Part shown: in pieces, positions 19,235 through 29,707 of the stretch
Numbering within the stretch: position 1 is the stretch's first letter
How the letters are laid out: each line of letters begins with the position of its first letter
From: Polyangiaceae bacterium
Lineage (GTDB): Bacteria > Myxococcota_A > Polyangia > Polyangiales > Polyangiaceae
Length of the DNA stretch: 64,000 nt
NCBI GenBank assembly: GCA_044222475.1
Contig: JBGANF010000023.1
Span: 15,373 to 79,372, forward strand
Reading direction: 5' to 3'
Program-made: the position numbers and the translations under genes
The notes under the pieces: generated by a model
The model's input: only the letters and a program-made list of their open reading frames with translations
The model's database searches: none
What the model was told of the DNA's origin: nothing

Positions 19235-21076
19235 TCAGGTTCGGCCCTGGGGCAACCGAACCTCGAACGTCGCTCCGCGCTTCGACGAGTGGACGACGAC
19301 CGTCCCACCGTGCTCGTCGGCGATCTTCTTGACGATCGCCAGGCCGAGCCCGGTTCCGCCCTTCTTGCCGCTCGTGACGAAGCTCTGGAAGAGGCGCGGC
19401 TCGATCTCCTTGGGGATCCCCGGTCCAGTATCGGAGAACGTGAGCACGAGCTCCTCCCCTCCTCCGTTCGCCTTCTTCTCGCTCTTTCGCTCGCGGCGCA
19501 CCTTGATCGAAAACTTCCCACCTTTTTCGGCCATGGCCTCCATCGCGTTGCGCGCGAGGTTGTGCACGACGCGGAGGATCTTGCCCTCGTCGAAGCGCGC
19601 GGTGCCGCGATCCTGAACGTCGACCTCGAGCTCGATGTCGAAGCGGCTCAGCTGGGATTCGAGGTGCTCCTTCACGTCGGCGAAGAAGCGCTCGAGGTAC
19701 ACCTTGCGCACGAGCACGTTCCGCTCGCCGCGCGCGAACTCGAGCACCTCGCGCTGCATCGCCGCGATGTGATCGAACTGCTTGAGAACCGACTCCGCGT
19801 ACTCGTTCCGTTTGTCCTGGGACGTGGCGGTCTGCATCAGCTGCACGTACCCGCTGATGACGGTGAGCGGCGTCTTCATGTCGTGGATGACGCCGGAGAG
19901 CAAGCGGCCGATCGTCGAGAGGCGCTCCTCGCGCTCGCGCTGCTCGCGGGCGATCTGGAGGCGAATCGCGGTCGACGCGTTCGCTGCGACGAGGAGCAAC
20001 AAGGACTTGTCCTCCTCGTCGAAGCCGCCGGGATCGCGCTTGTTGTAGAGCGCGATCGCGCCCATCGCGTCGCGGTCTTCGCCTTCGAGCGGCACCGCGA
20101 GCGCGGTCTGGGAGCTGAACCCGATGCGGGCATCGAGCTCGGGATCGGTACGCTTGTCGTGCGGAGCCTGATCGGTCTGGACGACCTCGTTGTGGCGCAT
20201 CGCGTGACCGATGAGCCCCTGCCCCTCGCGCAGCGGGAACCGCCGAAGCCGCTTGTGCTTGTCGTCCACCAGGTAGAGGGCGATCGCGCCGGAGCCCGAC
20301 TCGCGCAGGGCGACGGCCGCCGCGCGCGCACCGCTCGAGCGCATGGCCTCACCGAGGACGGCCATGAAGAGCTCTTCGAGCGACGCGGCGCGCGCCATCG
20401 CGCTCTCGAGCGAGAACAACAGCTTGAGATCGCGGACGCGATGCTCGAGCTGCTTCTTCGTCTCGACGAGCTCGCGGTTCTGCGCGACCGTCTCGCTGAA
20501 GAGGCGTGCGTTGTCGAGCGCGACGGCGGCCTGGGTCGCGAGCGCGGAGAGCAGCTCGGCGTCGTCCTTGGTGAAGTCGCCGCGCTTCTTGTTGAGGACC
20601 TGGATGACCCCGATCGTCCGACCGAGGTGGTTCTTCATCGGCGCCGCGAGGATCGTCCGCGTGCGGTAGCCGGAGAGCATGTCCCACTCGGGGGAGAACC
20701 TCGGGTCCTTGTAGGCGTCGCGGACCAGCATCAGCTTGCCGGACTTGGCGACGTGACCGGCGATGCCGTACCCGTTCTGCATCCGGATCGCCCGCACCTC
20801 GGCGCCCTGAACGATGCGCGAGACGAGCTCGTCCTTGTTCTCGTCGAGGAGGTACAAGGTCGCGCGGTCGGCTTCGAGCGCCTCGGTAACCTTGTCGAGG
20901 ATGAGCTCGAGCACTTTGTCGAGCTCGAGGGTCGTGCCGAGGGCGAGCCCGACCTCGCGGAGCGCAGACGAGATCCGCTGCTCTCGAGCGAGAGCCTCCT
21001 GGAGATCCGTCACTTGCGGCCGATCCGGCCGCACGCGGAGATCCCGAGTCGAGCGGGCTTCCGTCTTCTGCGTCAC
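19235..21076 (-). CDS. Cytoplasmic GAF-GAF sensor histidine kinase
   Basis: Two GAF domains (GIAGHV...DPRF...[12 protein letters not shown]...GAIALYNK), [26 protein letters not shown]. Confidence 0.93.
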   Translation of the reverse strand: MTQKTEARSTRDLRVRPDRPQVTDLQEALAREQRISSALREVGLALGTTLELDKVLELILDKVTEALEADRATLYLLDENKDELVSRIVQGAEVRAIRMQNGYGIAGHVAKSGKLMLVRDAYKDPRFSPEWDMLSGYRTRTILAAPMKNHLGRTIGVIQVLNKKRGDFTKDDAELLSALATQAAVALDNARLFSETVAQNRELVETKKQLEHRVRDLKLLFSLESAMARAASLEELFMAVLGEAMRSSGARAAAVALRESGSGAIALYLVDDKHKRLRRFPLREGQGLIGHAMRHNEVVQTDQAPHDKRTDPELDARIGFSSQTALAVPLEGEDRDAMGAIALYNKRDPGGFDEEDKSLLLLVAANASTAIRLQIAREQREREERLSTIGRLLSGVIHDMKTPLTVISGYVQLMQTATSQDKRNEYAESVLKQFDHIAAMQREVLEFARGERNVLVRKVYLERFFADVKEHLESQLSRFDIELEVDVQDRGTARFDEGKILRVVHNLARNAMEAMAEKGGKFSIKVRRERKSEKKANGGGEELVLTFSDTGPGIPKEIEPRLFQSFVTSGKKGGTGLGLAIVKKIADEHGGTVVVHSSKRGATFEVRLPQGRT

Positions 21077-21165
21077 CCCGCCATTCTATCGGGGCCTGGC
21101 GGACGCCGTGCCGCGAAAATGGGCGTGGATTGGCCGGGGAGCATCGCCTACGATTCGCGGTTCCG

Positions 21166-21888
21166 ATGGCTCCGAAAACGCTCGTCGTCACGCCGACCTA
21201 CAACGAGCGAGAGAACCTCCCCACGTTCGTCGCTTCCGTCCGCGGGAGCATGAAGGACGCCGACGTGCTCGTCGTCGACGACGCCTCGCCCGACGGCACC
21301 GGCGCGATCGCGGACGAGCTGGCCGCCGCCGACGACCACGTGAAGGTGATGCACCGCGCGGGGAAGCTCGGGCTCGGCACTGCCTACGTCGAAGCGTTCA
21401 CCTGGGGCTTGGCTCGCGGATACGAGCGTTTCTTCGAGATGGACGCCGATCTCTCGCACGACGTCCGGTACCTCCCCGATTTCGTTCGCGCCCTCGACGA
21501 CGGCGCCGACGTCGTGATCGGCTCGCGAAACATCCCCGGGGGTGGCGTCCACGGTTGGGGTCCAGTGCGTCACCTCGTCTCCAAAGGGGGGTCGCTCTAC
21601 TCTCGTACCATCTTGGGATTGGATGTCCGCGATCTCACGAGCGGGTACAAAGCCTTCTCGCGCCGCGCGCTCGAGGCCATCGACCTCGCGTCGATTCGAT
21701 CCAACGGGTATTCGTTCCAGATCGAGATGACCTACCGCGCGCACCTGCGCGGGATGAAGATCGCCGAAGTACCGATCGTCTTCGTCGATCGACGCGTCGG
21801 CCACTCGAAGATGAGCCGCAAGATCTTCCTCGAAGCGATCGGCGTCGTCTGGAAGCTCCGACGCGACGGAGCGGCGGGCAAGCTGTGA
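21166..21888 (+). CDS. Polyprenol-phosphate mannose synthase-like GT2 glycosyltransferase
   Basis: PTYNERENL, VVDDASPDGT, GKLGLGTAY, EMDADLSH, DLTSGYKA, GYSFQIEM. In-frame ATG at 21166. Confidence 0.93.
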   Translation: MAPKTLVVTPTYNERENLPTFVASVRGSMKDADVLVVDDASPDGTGAIADELAAADDHVKVMHRAGKLGLGTAYVEAFTWGLARGYERFFEMDADLSHDVRYLPDFVRALDDGADVVIGSRNIPGGGVHGWGPVRHLVSKGGSLYSRTILGLDVRDLTSGYKAFSRRALEAIDLASIRSNGYSFQIEMTYRAHLRGMKIAEVPIVFVDRRVGHSKMSRKIFLEAIGVVWKLRRDGAAGKL

Positions 21889-23075
21889 GCGTTCGATTCC
21901 ACTTCGACTACTCGTGCCCCTATGCGTACCTGGCCTCCACCCAGATCGCGCGGCTCGAGGAGGTCCTCGGCGCGCCGGTGGAGTACGCGCCGATGCTTCT
22001 CGGCGGGGTTTTCGCCGCCGCCGGCACGCCGCAGAACCTGATGAACGTGCTCTCTCCGGCGAAGGCGGCGCACAACTTCGCCGACATGATGCGCTGGGCC
22101 GAGCTCTTCCGCGTGCCGCTCACCGTTCCGTCGACGCACCCGATGCGCACGGTCGAGGCCCTGCGGGCCACGCTGGTGACCGGCATCGATCGCAAGGTCG
22201 TCGCCGGGTTCTACGAGGCCTATTGGGTGCGGGGAGAGCCCATCAGCGAGGAGCGCGTGCTCCGGCGCGTGCTCTCCGAGGCAGGCCACGATCCCGACGC
22301 CGTCCTGCCCCGCCTCGGCGAGATGAAGGACGACCTGCGCGCTCGGACCGACGAGGCGGTGAAGGCCGGCGTCTTCGGGGCGCCCGCGTTCGTTCGCGAC
22401 GGGGAGCTCTACTGGGGTCAAGACCGGCTGCATTTCGTCGCACGGACGACGTTGGAACGTTTCTACGGCATCGGGAGTACCAAAATGGGACAGCACACGC
22501 TCGAAGTGTATTTCGATTTCTCGTCGCCGTTCGCCTACCTCGGTTGCACGCAGGCCGAGGCGCTCGCGGAGCGCACGGGGGCGAAGCTCGTGTGGCAACC
22601 GATGCTTCTCGGCGGCTTGTTCAAGGAGATCGGGCAGGTCGGCGTGCCGATGGCCTCGTGGAGCCCCGCCAAGCAAGAGCACACGTACAAGGACCTGCAC
22701 CGCTGGGCCGAGTACTGGGGAGTGCCGTTCAAGTTCTCGTCGCACTTCCCGATCAACACCGTCAAGGCGATGCGCTGCTACCTCGCGCTGCCGGACGACA
22801 AGAAGGCCGACTTCCGCAAGCGCGCGTTCGCCGCGGCGTGGGCGGAGGATCGCAACCTCGCAGACGACGCGGTCTTGAAGGAGCTGATCGGTGACGGCGC
22901 CGACGCGATCCTCGCGAAGACCCAAGAGCCGGCGATCAAGGAGCTGCTCATCGCGCAGACGAAGAAGGCGAAGGAGCTCGGCGCCTTCGGCGCGCCCACC
23001 TGGGTCGTCGATGGGAAGGACCTGTACTGGGGCCAAGACCGGATCGTCCTCGTCGAGCGCGCGTTGAGGGCCTAG
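21885..23075 (+). CDS. Tandem DsbA-like / 2-hydroxychromene-2-carboxylate isomerase (GST kappa) double-domain protein
   Basis: GTG overlaps the upstream TGA. Two homologous domains: FDYSCPYAYL...GVFGAP...YWGQDR and FDFSSPFAYL...GAFGAP...YWGQDR. Confidence 0.9.
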   Translation: MSVRFHFDYSCPYAYLASTQIARLEEVLGAPVEYAPMLLGGVFAAAGTPQNLMNVLSPAKAAHNFADMMRWAELFRVPLTVPSTHPMRTVEALRATLVTGIDRKVVAGFYEAYWVRGEPISEERVLRRVLSEAGHDPDAVLPRLGEMKDDLRARTDEAVKAGVFGAPAFVRDGELYWGQDRLHFVARTTLERFYGIGSTKMGQHTLEVYFDFSSPFAYLGCTQAEALAERTGAKLVWQPMLLGGLFKEIGQVGVPMASWSPAKQEHTYKDLHRWAEYWGVPFKFSSHFPINTVKAMRCYLALPDDKKADFRKRAFAAAWAEDRNLADDAVLKELIGDGADAILAKTQEPAIKELLIAQTKKAKELGAFGAPTWVVDGKDLYWGQDRIVLVERALRA

Positions 23076-23076
23076 G

Positions 23077-23814
23077 GTGCGCATCAGGCTCGCTGCAGCT
23101 CTCGTGGCGTCGGTCGTCGCCGGGTGCGGCGCCCGCACTGGCCTCGGGGTCGGCTCCGAGAGCACCACCGACGCATCCATCGCGTTCGACGCCGGGGACG
23201 CGAGCGATGCGAAGGACGCGGGCCGAGACGTCGGCGCCGACGTCGCGCCGGACGTGGTCCCGGCGTGCCCCATCCCGTTCGGCGCCACGGTGAACGCGAC
23301 GCTTCGAATGACGACCGACGACGCATACGTCCTCTACGTCAACGGCGCGCTCATCGACGACGTGCCTCGGCTCTGGAGCAACCCGCAGACGTACGTCATC
23401 CCGATCTTCCGCCACCCCGGTCGGCGAAACGCGATCGCGATCCAGGGGACCAACCAACAGAACACGACCGGTCCCGACCGTGGCATCGTCGCCGACGTGC
23501 GCTTCACGGCCGGGACGAGCGAGGCGCGCCTCGTGACCGACGGTGCCTGGCGACTGTCGACGGTCTTCGTCACGGGCTGGAGTGGTGCGGCCTTCGACGC
23601 GAGCGGCTGGGCGCCGGTCGTCGTCGAGGGCCCGTACGGGATGGCGCCGTGGGGCAACGTGTTCGGAACCCCGAGCACGGCGCGCTGGCTGTGGAGCTTC
23701 GACTCGAACCTCCCGGCGAATCAGAAGGTCGTGACCCAGACGATCTGGATCCATCGCGATTTCTACGTCGACATGGCGGGCAACGTGCGCGACACGCCGA
23801 CGCCTTGTCCGTGA
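23077..23814 (+). CDS. Lipoprotein with lectin/beta-sandwich-like domain
   Basis: Lipobox VAGC followed by GARTGL and a DAG linker. TDDAYVLYVNG...GRRNAIAI...TDGAW...GPYGMAPWG resembles carbohydrate-binding beta-sandwich modules. Confidence 0.7.
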   Translation: MRIRLAAALVASVVAGCGARTGLGVGSESTTDASIAFDAGDASDAKDAGRDVGADVAPDVVPACPIPFGATVNATLRMTTDDAYVLYVNGALIDDVPRLWSNPQTYVIPIFRHPGRRNAIAIQGTNQQNTTGPDRGIVADVRFTAGTSEARLVTDGAWRLSTVFVTGWSGAAFDASGWAPVVVEGPYGMAPWGNVFGTPSTARWLWSFDSNLPANQKVVTQTIWIHRDFYVDMAGNVRDTPTPCP

Positions 23815-23845
23815 TCGGCCTCCGCCGAGTGCTATCCTCGTCTCG

Positions 23846-24787
23846 ATGGCTCGGCTGTTCCGGCTCGAAGCGAGCTTGGTCGTCGCGGCGGCGTTGATCG
23901 CGTGCGCGCACGCCGCGCCACCCGCACCGGTCGCCGAGGCACCGCTCGACCCGCCGCCCGACGCGATCACTCCGACTCCACCGAGCGCGACGGCGTGCGA
24001 CGCGATCCGCGATCCGCACGTCGACGGCGCCTACTCGGTCGACGGCCTCGACGGAACGAAGCGCCGACCGATCGCGATCCTGGAGTCGACCGATCGCCGC
24101 GCCGGCAGCGACGACGGCTTCCAGCGCGTCACGCTCTACGAAGACGGGCACGTCGTCCTCCTCGAGTGGCGCGACGGAGCGTGGGTGCCCACCGAGGGAC
24201 GGTCGGGGTTCGATGCCAAGAGTGTCTCGTGTCGAATCGCGAGCCGACTCGGAAGCGCGCCGGTGCGGACGATGCTCACGAGGGCGACCGATCAGCCCCA
24301 CGTCTCGGTGGCCTACCGCGTCGGCGACGCGTGGAGGACGGTGACCGTCGTCGGTCGATTGAACGCCAACGGGACGTACTCGGCGAACCCGCCTCCCGAC
24401 GGATTCCTCGACGCCGTCGGCGATCTTCTCTCGCTCCCGATCGAGGGACGGCAGCCCTTCACCGCCGAGCAGTACTTCGTCACCTTCGTCGACGACGACT
24501 CACCTGGGCCGGTGGCCGTCGCGCCATGGCCGACCGACGTGCCGGCGCCCCCGGCGCTCGTCCCGGACGAGCGCTTCGTCGGACGCCCGCGAAGCTACTT
24601 CGTCCCGGCGTCCGCCGGAAAGCTGCTCCGTGCCTTCGCCCGCGAGCAGCGCGGCCCGGTGCTCACGCCCGACGGAGCGCGCGTGTTCTTGCGGGTCGAA
24701 AACGCGGTCCCGGACCGCGCGTACGTCGATCACGTGCTCGCGTGCGCGCGCTGGGAGTCGCTCCCCTTCGAGGCGTGCACCCGCTGA
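23846..24787 (+). CDS. Hypothetical lipoprotein
   Basis: Lipobox LIAC and Pro-rich linker. Extended -10 (TGcTATCCT) lies 7 nt before the ATG. Confidence 0.7.
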   Translation: MARLFRLEASLVVAAALIACAHAAPPAPVAEAPLDPPPDAITPTPPSATACDAIRDPHVDGAYSVDGLDGTKRRPIAILESTDRRAGSDDGFQRVTLYEDGHVVLLEWRDGAWVPTEGRSGFDAKSVSCRIASRLGSAPVRTMLTRATDQPHVSVAYRVGDAWRTVTVVGRLNANGTYSANPPPDGFLDAVGDLLSLPIEGRQPFTAEQYFVTFVDDDSPGPVAVAPWPTDVPAPPALVPDERFVGRPRSYFVPASAGKLLRAFAREQRGPVLTPDGARVFLRVENAVPDRAYVDHVLACARWESLPFEACTR

Positions 24788-25944
24788 TCGCCGCGGAAGG
24801 CGACGCAGAACGCGACGAAGAAGGCCCACATCCCCGCGAGGTGGAAGAGCATCACTGCACCGGACACCTTCTCGAAGAGCACGCTCGAGAGCGGCGGTCC
24901 GGCGAGCATGCCGAGCGCGTAGAACGCGTTGTAGAGCCCGTTCGCGCGGCTCAGATCCTCCTTCGCCACGAGGTGCCCCATGAGCGCGAGCGACAGCGGC
25001 GACAGAGACGCCAGCGTCGCCCCGGCGACGAAGATCGCGCCGAGCATGATCGGCCACGAGTGGAGGTAGACGAAGCCGAGCGTCATCGTCATCCCGATCG
25101 CGGCGAGCACGGTCATCACCGCGAGGTGGCCGAGCCGATCGCCGATGCGACCCGCGAGGTTCGACGCGAGGAGCATGCCGGCGGCGAAGAACGCGGTCAT
25201 CAGGATCGTGTCCTTCTCCTCCACCCCCTTCGACTTCACGAGGTAGAGCGGGAGAAACAGCACGACCGACGCCTGGAAATACCCGTAGCTGAACGTCGCT
25301 AGGCAGGCGGTCTTGATCCGGTACAGGACCGAGAAGGCGGACTCCTTCGCGGCGCCGCCAAAGGCCGTGTGCTCGCTCGCGCCCGCGGCGTTCGCGCGCA
25401 GCAACGTCGCGGCGACGAGGAACGCGAGCGCGGCGATCCCGGCAGCGAAGAAGAAGACGAGCCGGTAGTCCTGATGGATGACCCCGGCGAGGGCGCGCGC
25501 GAGCGCCGAGCCGACGATGTACCCGACCGCGATGCTCATGGCGTAGAGGCTCGTGACGAACGCCTTGTGCTTCGGCTCCGCGCGCGAGAGGAGGATCGTC
25601 TCACACGCGACCCACGCGCCGACCGATGCGGCGCCGTCGAGGACGCGCACCGCCGACGCGCCGAAGTACGTCCGCTGCAGGCCGAAAACGCCGACCGCGA
25701 CGACGTACGCCGCGAGCGCGATCAAGAGCGTGCGCTTCGCCGAGAACCGTCGGATCAGCGCGCCGGCCGGGATGGACATCGCCACGATCCCACCGGCGAA
25801 CCACGACGCGAGCGTCCCCATCTCGCCTTTGCTGAAGTTCGCGTGATCGAGGAACAGAGGCGTGACCGCGAGCGACGACCCATACGCGACGCCGAGGAGG
25901 AAGATCGTCGCGTAGACGACGAGGATGTCGCGATCCCGAATCAC
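24730..25944 (-). CDS. MFS transporter
   Basis: GTG at 25944 overlaps the ABC-F TGA. About 12 TM segments, with MFS loop motifs GALIRRFSAKR and GRIGDRLG. Confidence 0.9.
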   Translation of the reverse strand: MIRDRDILVVYATIFLLGVAYGSSLAVTPLFLDHANFSKGEMGTLASWFAGGIVAMSIPAGALIRRFSAKRTLLIALAAYVVAVGVFGLQRTYFGASAVRVLDGAASVGAWVACETILLSRAEPKHKAFVTSLYAMSIAVGYIVGSALARALAGVIHQDYRLVFFFAAGIAALAFLVAATLLRANAAGASEHTAFGGAAKESAFSVLYRIKTACLATFSYGYFQASVVLFLPLYLVKSKGVEEKDTILMTAFFAAGMLLASNLAGRIGDRLGHLAVMTVLAAIGMTMTLGFVYLHSWPIMLGAIFVAGATLASLSPLSLALMGHLVAKEDLSRANGLYNAFYALGMLAGPPLSSVLFEKVSGAVMLFHLAGMWAFFVAFCVAFRGDQRVHASKGSDSQRAHAST

Positions 25945-27857
25945 GACGCGAGCTCCTTCTCGAGCGCGTCCCACTTTTCCATCAGCTCGTCGATCTTGGG
26001 CCCCAGCGCCTGCTCTTCGGCCTGGAGCGCCGCGACCTCGGCCGGCGGAGTCTTCTCGAAGAAGCCGGGCTCGCAGAAGCGTGCGAGGATCGCCGCCTTG
26101 CGCGCCTCGGCGTCCTCGATCGCTTTCCACGCCGCGTCACGAAGCGCGGGGAGCTGCTTCTTTCGGTTTTTCCGCTTCTTCTCCTCTTCCCAGGAGAGCG
26201 CGGCGTCGCGCGGTTTCTCCTTGGACTCGCGCTCGGCCTTGGCGCGGAGGACGACGGCATCGACGTCGAGGTGATCGTCGCCGCGGCGCGCGAGGTACTC
26301 CTCGTACGTCCCGGGGAAATCCTGAAAGCCGCGCTCGTTCACCTCCAAGATGCGGGTCGCGAGCGCCGACACGAACGCGCGGTCGTGCGAGACGAAGAGG
26401 ATCGCTCCTTCGAACGCGCGCAGAGCCTCGACGAGCGCGTGGATCGCCTCGAGGTCGAGGTGGTTCGTCGGCTCGTCGAGGACGAGGACGTTCGGGTGCG
26501 CGACCGCGATCGAGCAGAAGACGAGCCGAGCGGCTTCGCCGCCCGACAGCGAGCCGACCTTCTTCGTGACGTCGGCGCCGGAGAAGAGCAAGCGGCCGAG
26601 CTGGCCGCGAACCCAGCTCGTCGCCTCGGTCGGGACGATGTTCCACACGACGTCGAGCGGCGTCGTCTCCGGATCGCCGAGGATTTCGTGGTGGTCCTGG
26701 GGGAAGTACCCGACCCGTGTCTCGTGTCCCCACTTCACGCTGCCGCGGTCGGCGTCGAGGTTTCCGGTGGCGATCTTGAGCAGCGTCGACTTGCCCAACC
26801 CGTTGGGGCCGATGATCGCGACCCGCTCTCCGCGGCGCACGGTGAGTGACACGTTCTCGAGGACGCGCTTTTCGCCGAAGCTCTTCGACACCGAGTCGAT
26901 CGTCAGGACGTCGCGGCCGCTCGGACGTAGCGGAGTGAACTGGAACATCGGCGCGCGGCGCGACGAATCTTCGAGCTCCTCGATCTCGATCTTCTCGATC
27001 TGCTTCAGGCGGCTCTGCGCCTGACTCGCCTTGGTCGCCTTGGCGCCGAAGCGCTCGACCCATGCGCGCTTCTCCGCGACGACCGCCTCGGCGCGGGCGA
27101 TCTCGGCTTCTTTGCGGGCGCGCACCGCCGCCTTCTCCGCCACGAACGCGCGGTAGTTTCCGGGGTAGGCGGTGATCGTCCCGTAGTCGACGTCGAGGAT
27201 GTGGGTCGAGATCTCGTCGAGGAAGCGCTCGTCGTGCGAGATCACGACCGCGCACCCTTGGTACGCGCCGAGGAACTGCTCGAGCCAGCGAATGGAGAGG
27301 ATGTCGAGGTGGTTGGTCGGCTCGTCGAGGAGGAGCACGTCGGGCCCACCGAGGAGGACCTGGGCCAGGAGTACGCGCAGCTTGAACCCGCCCGACAGCG
27401 TCGCGAGCGGTTGGCGATGCACGCGCATCGGGATCCCGAGCCCTTCGAGGATCGCCGTCGCGCGCGCTTCGAGCGTGTAGCCGTCATGAGCCGCGATCGT
27501 GTCTTCGAGCTCGGCGAGGCGAGCGGCATCGGGCGACGACGCGGACATGATCCGCTCTTGCTCCGCCTTCGCCGCGGTGACGACCTCGTCGCCCGCCATC
27601 GCGACCTCGAGGATCGGCTGCGCGTCGCTGAGGAAGCGATCTTGGCGGAGCACGCCGACCCGCGCGCCCTTCGCGATCGTGACGCTGCCGTCCGTCGCGG
27701 GCTCGTCGCCTGCCACGATCTCGAGGAAGGTCGTCTTGCCGGATCCGTTCGCGCCCACGAGCCCGTAGCGCGCGCCGCGGACGAGCTTGAGCGACACGTC
27801 GGCGAAGAGCGTCCGCGCGCCGTACGATTTCTCGAGCTTCTGGACCTCGATGCTCAT
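25941..27857 (-). CDS. ABC-F family ATP-binding protein
   Basis: Two NBDs (GANGSGKT/LSGG/LDEPTNHLD and GPNGLGKS/LSGGE/LDEPTNHLD), no TM segments, C-terminal coiled coil. ATG at 27857. Confidence 0.95.
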   Translation of the reverse strand: MSIEVQKLEKSYGARTLFADVSLKLVRGARYGLVGANGSGKTTFLEIVAGDEPATDGSVTIAKGARVGVLRQDRFLSDAQPILEVAMAGDEVVTAAKAEQERIMSASSPDAARLAELEDTIAAHDGYTLEARATAILEGLGIPMRVHRQPLATLSGGFKLRVLLAQVLLGGPDVLLLDEPTNHLDILSIRWLEQFLGAYQGCAVVISHDERFLDEISTHILDVDYGTITAYPGNYRAFVAEKAAVRARKEAEIARAEAVVAEKRAWVERFGAKATKASQAQSRLKQIEKIEIEELEDSSRRAPMFQFTPLRPSGRDVLTIDSVSKSFGEKRVLENVSLTVRRGERVAIIGPNGLGKSTLLKIATGNLDADRGSVKWGHETRVGYFPQDHHEILGDPETTPLDVVWNIVPTEATSWVRGQLGRLLFSGADVTKKVGSLSGGEAARLVFCSIAVAHPNVLVLDEPTNHLDLEAIHALVEALRAFEGAILFVSHDRAFVSALATRILEVNERGFQDFPGTYEEYLARRGDDHLDVDAVVLRAKAERESKEKPRDAALSWEEEKKRKNRKKQLPALRDAAWKAIEDAEARKAAILARFCEPGFFEKTPPAEVAALQAEEQALGPKIDELMEKWDALEKELAS

Positions 27858-27909
27858 GTCGCGGGGACTCGAAGTAGCACGGCAAGGGGGTATCCTGCTC
27901 GCCTGCTCC

Positions 27910-28770
27910 ATGGACCTCGCCTCTCGCTCGCGTGCCGCTCGGATCGGCTTCGTCGTCGCGCTCGTCGCGCTCGTCGCGTGTCGTGACAAGGCGAGCTCGG
28001 GCTCATCCGCGGCCCCGTCGGCGTCTGCGAGCGCTCGCGCCGGGGTTCTCGTCAAGCGCCCGAAGGCTTCACCCAGTGCAGTCGTCGACCGATGGAACGA
28101 AGCCCACACCAAGCACGATGCCGCTGCGCTCGCGTCACTCTACGGCGCGCGCGTCCAGTTCTACGGAAAGTCCGTCGCGAACGCCGACTGCGTGGCCGCG
28201 AAGAAGAAGGCTCTCGCCGCGGATCCGACCTACACGCAGTCCATCCGTGACCTTCGGCTCATCACGCCGCCCAAGGGCGGCTCGGTCACGAGCGCCCGCT
28301 TCGTCAAGATCAGCACGAGCCGCGGCAAGAGCACCGAGTACCCGTCGACCCTGATCATCGATGGCAACGGGTTGATCATCGGCGAGACCGACGACGTCAC
28401 CGACAAGAACCTGAGCGACATGATCGTCGCGACCTACGACTGGTGCCTGGACGACGATGAGCGAGAGCCGAACGAGAAGCTGAAGCCGCCGTTCGAGATC
28501 ACCGCGAAGCGCGCGCTCGCGGGTCTCGTCGCGAGCAAGACGTTCGCCACCCGCGCAGCGTCGGTCCCTGCGGGTCACGGCTACGGGATCGACGGCATCC
28601 AATGCCCCATGAGCTGCGACCGCGCCGCAGGCACGTGCAGCTACGACTTCCGCGTCGTCGACCCCGCGTTGACGGGATCGTCCCGCCTCGTCGATTGGCT
28701 CCACGTCGACGCGGTGAACGGCACGATCACGAGAGAGGGAGCTGCAGGCTCGGAGCCCCTGCCGCCGTGA
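27910..28770 (+). CDS. Hypothetical lipoprotein (NTF2-like N-terminal domain possible)
   Basis: Lipobox LVAC. VVDRWNEAHTKHDAAALASLY resembles the start of an NTF2/SnoaL fold. Confidence 0.65.
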   Translation: MDLASRSRAARIGFVVALVALVACRDKASSGSSAAPSASASARAGVLVKRPKASPSAVVDRWNEAHTKHDAAALASLYGARVQFYGKSVANADCVAAKKKALAADPTYTQSIRDLRLITPPKGGSVTSARFVKISTSRGKSTEYPSTLIIDGNGLIIGETDDVTDKNLSDMIVATYDWCLDDDEREPNEKLKPPFEITAKRALAGLVASKTFATRAASVPAGHGYGIDGIQCPMSCDRAAGTCSYDFRVVDPALTGSSRLVDWLHVDAVNGTITREGAAGSEPLPP

Positions 28771-28787
28771 GTGCTATGGTAAGCCGA

Positions 28788-29561
28788 ATGCGCGCGCCCT
28801 TCGTCGCTTGTGCCCTGATGTTCGTCGTCGCGTGTGGAGCGAGCGATCCGCCAGCGCAGGACCCGAGCGACGCATCGACCGACCTCGGTACGGCGACCGA
28901 CGGGCCGGCCACCGTCGACGCGCGCGCCGACGGCGCGAGCGACGGGGTCGCGCCACCGCCGGATGCGTCGTCGCTCGTCGACGATCTCCTCGCAAAGGTT
29001 GCAACCTGCAAACAAGTGTCGGCGGGAAAATTCAAGACCGACGACCAGACGAACCTGCCGGAGAACATCCCGATCTGCGGGCTGGTCGGCGCCGTGTTCT
29101 GGCAAGCCGACATGGACATCGACTGCGACGGCAAGACGACCGCGCAGTGCAACTCGACGACCGACCCGTCGTACCAGAACCAGACCGCCGCGACCGACTC
29201 GCAGGGGAACCCGCTCGACGCCGCTGCGCTGCCGTACGTCGTCATCCCCAGCAACGGCACGCGGTTCAACTACACGAACGCGGGGCTCAAGATGGGCAGC
29301 GTCGTCCTCGTCATCTATGGGGGAAAGATCGAGTACGGCATCCTCGGTGACACGGGCCCGACGAACATCATCGGAGAAGCCTCGTACGCGATGGCGAAGA
29401 ACCTCGGGATCAACCCGGACCCGAAGGTCGGCGGCGTCGACAAGGGCGTGACGTACATCGCGTTCACCGGCACCGCAGCGGTCGTGAAGAAGAAGGAGGA
29501 CCACGCCGAGGCGGTCACCCTCGGTGGAACGCTGACCGCCGACCTTCTGAAGAACAACTAG
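28788..29561 (+). CDS. Glycoside hydrolase family 75 (chitosanase) lipoprotein
   Basis: ADMDIDCDG, LDAAALPYVVIP, GILGDTGP and IGEASYAMA motifs; lipobox VVAC. Start at 28788 is preferred because TGcTATGGT lies 7 nt upstream (alternative 28776). Confidence 0.88.
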   Translation: MRAPFVACALMFVVACGASDPPAQDPSDASTDLGTATDGPATVDARADGASDGVAPPPDASSLVDDLLAKVATCKQVSAGKFKTDDQTNLPENIPICGLVGAVFWQADMDIDCDGKTTAQCNSTTDPSYQNQTAATDSQGNPLDAAALPYVVIPSNGTRFNYTNAGLKMGSVVLVIYGGKIEYGILGDTGPTNIIGEASYAMAKNLGINPDPKVGGVDKGVTYIAFTGTAAVVKKKEDHAEAVTLGGTLTADLLKNN

Positions 29562-29707
29562 CTAGCTCGCTAGCGCAGGCTTCGGACGGCGCGCTTCGGT
29601 CGCGAGCTTCGTCGGACGCAAGGTGGTTGCGTCGGGCGGTTTCTTCGAGGTCTCGCCGCTGCGGCGGGACCCGGTCGAAGCACGCGACTGACGCGTCGAA
29701 CTAGTCG

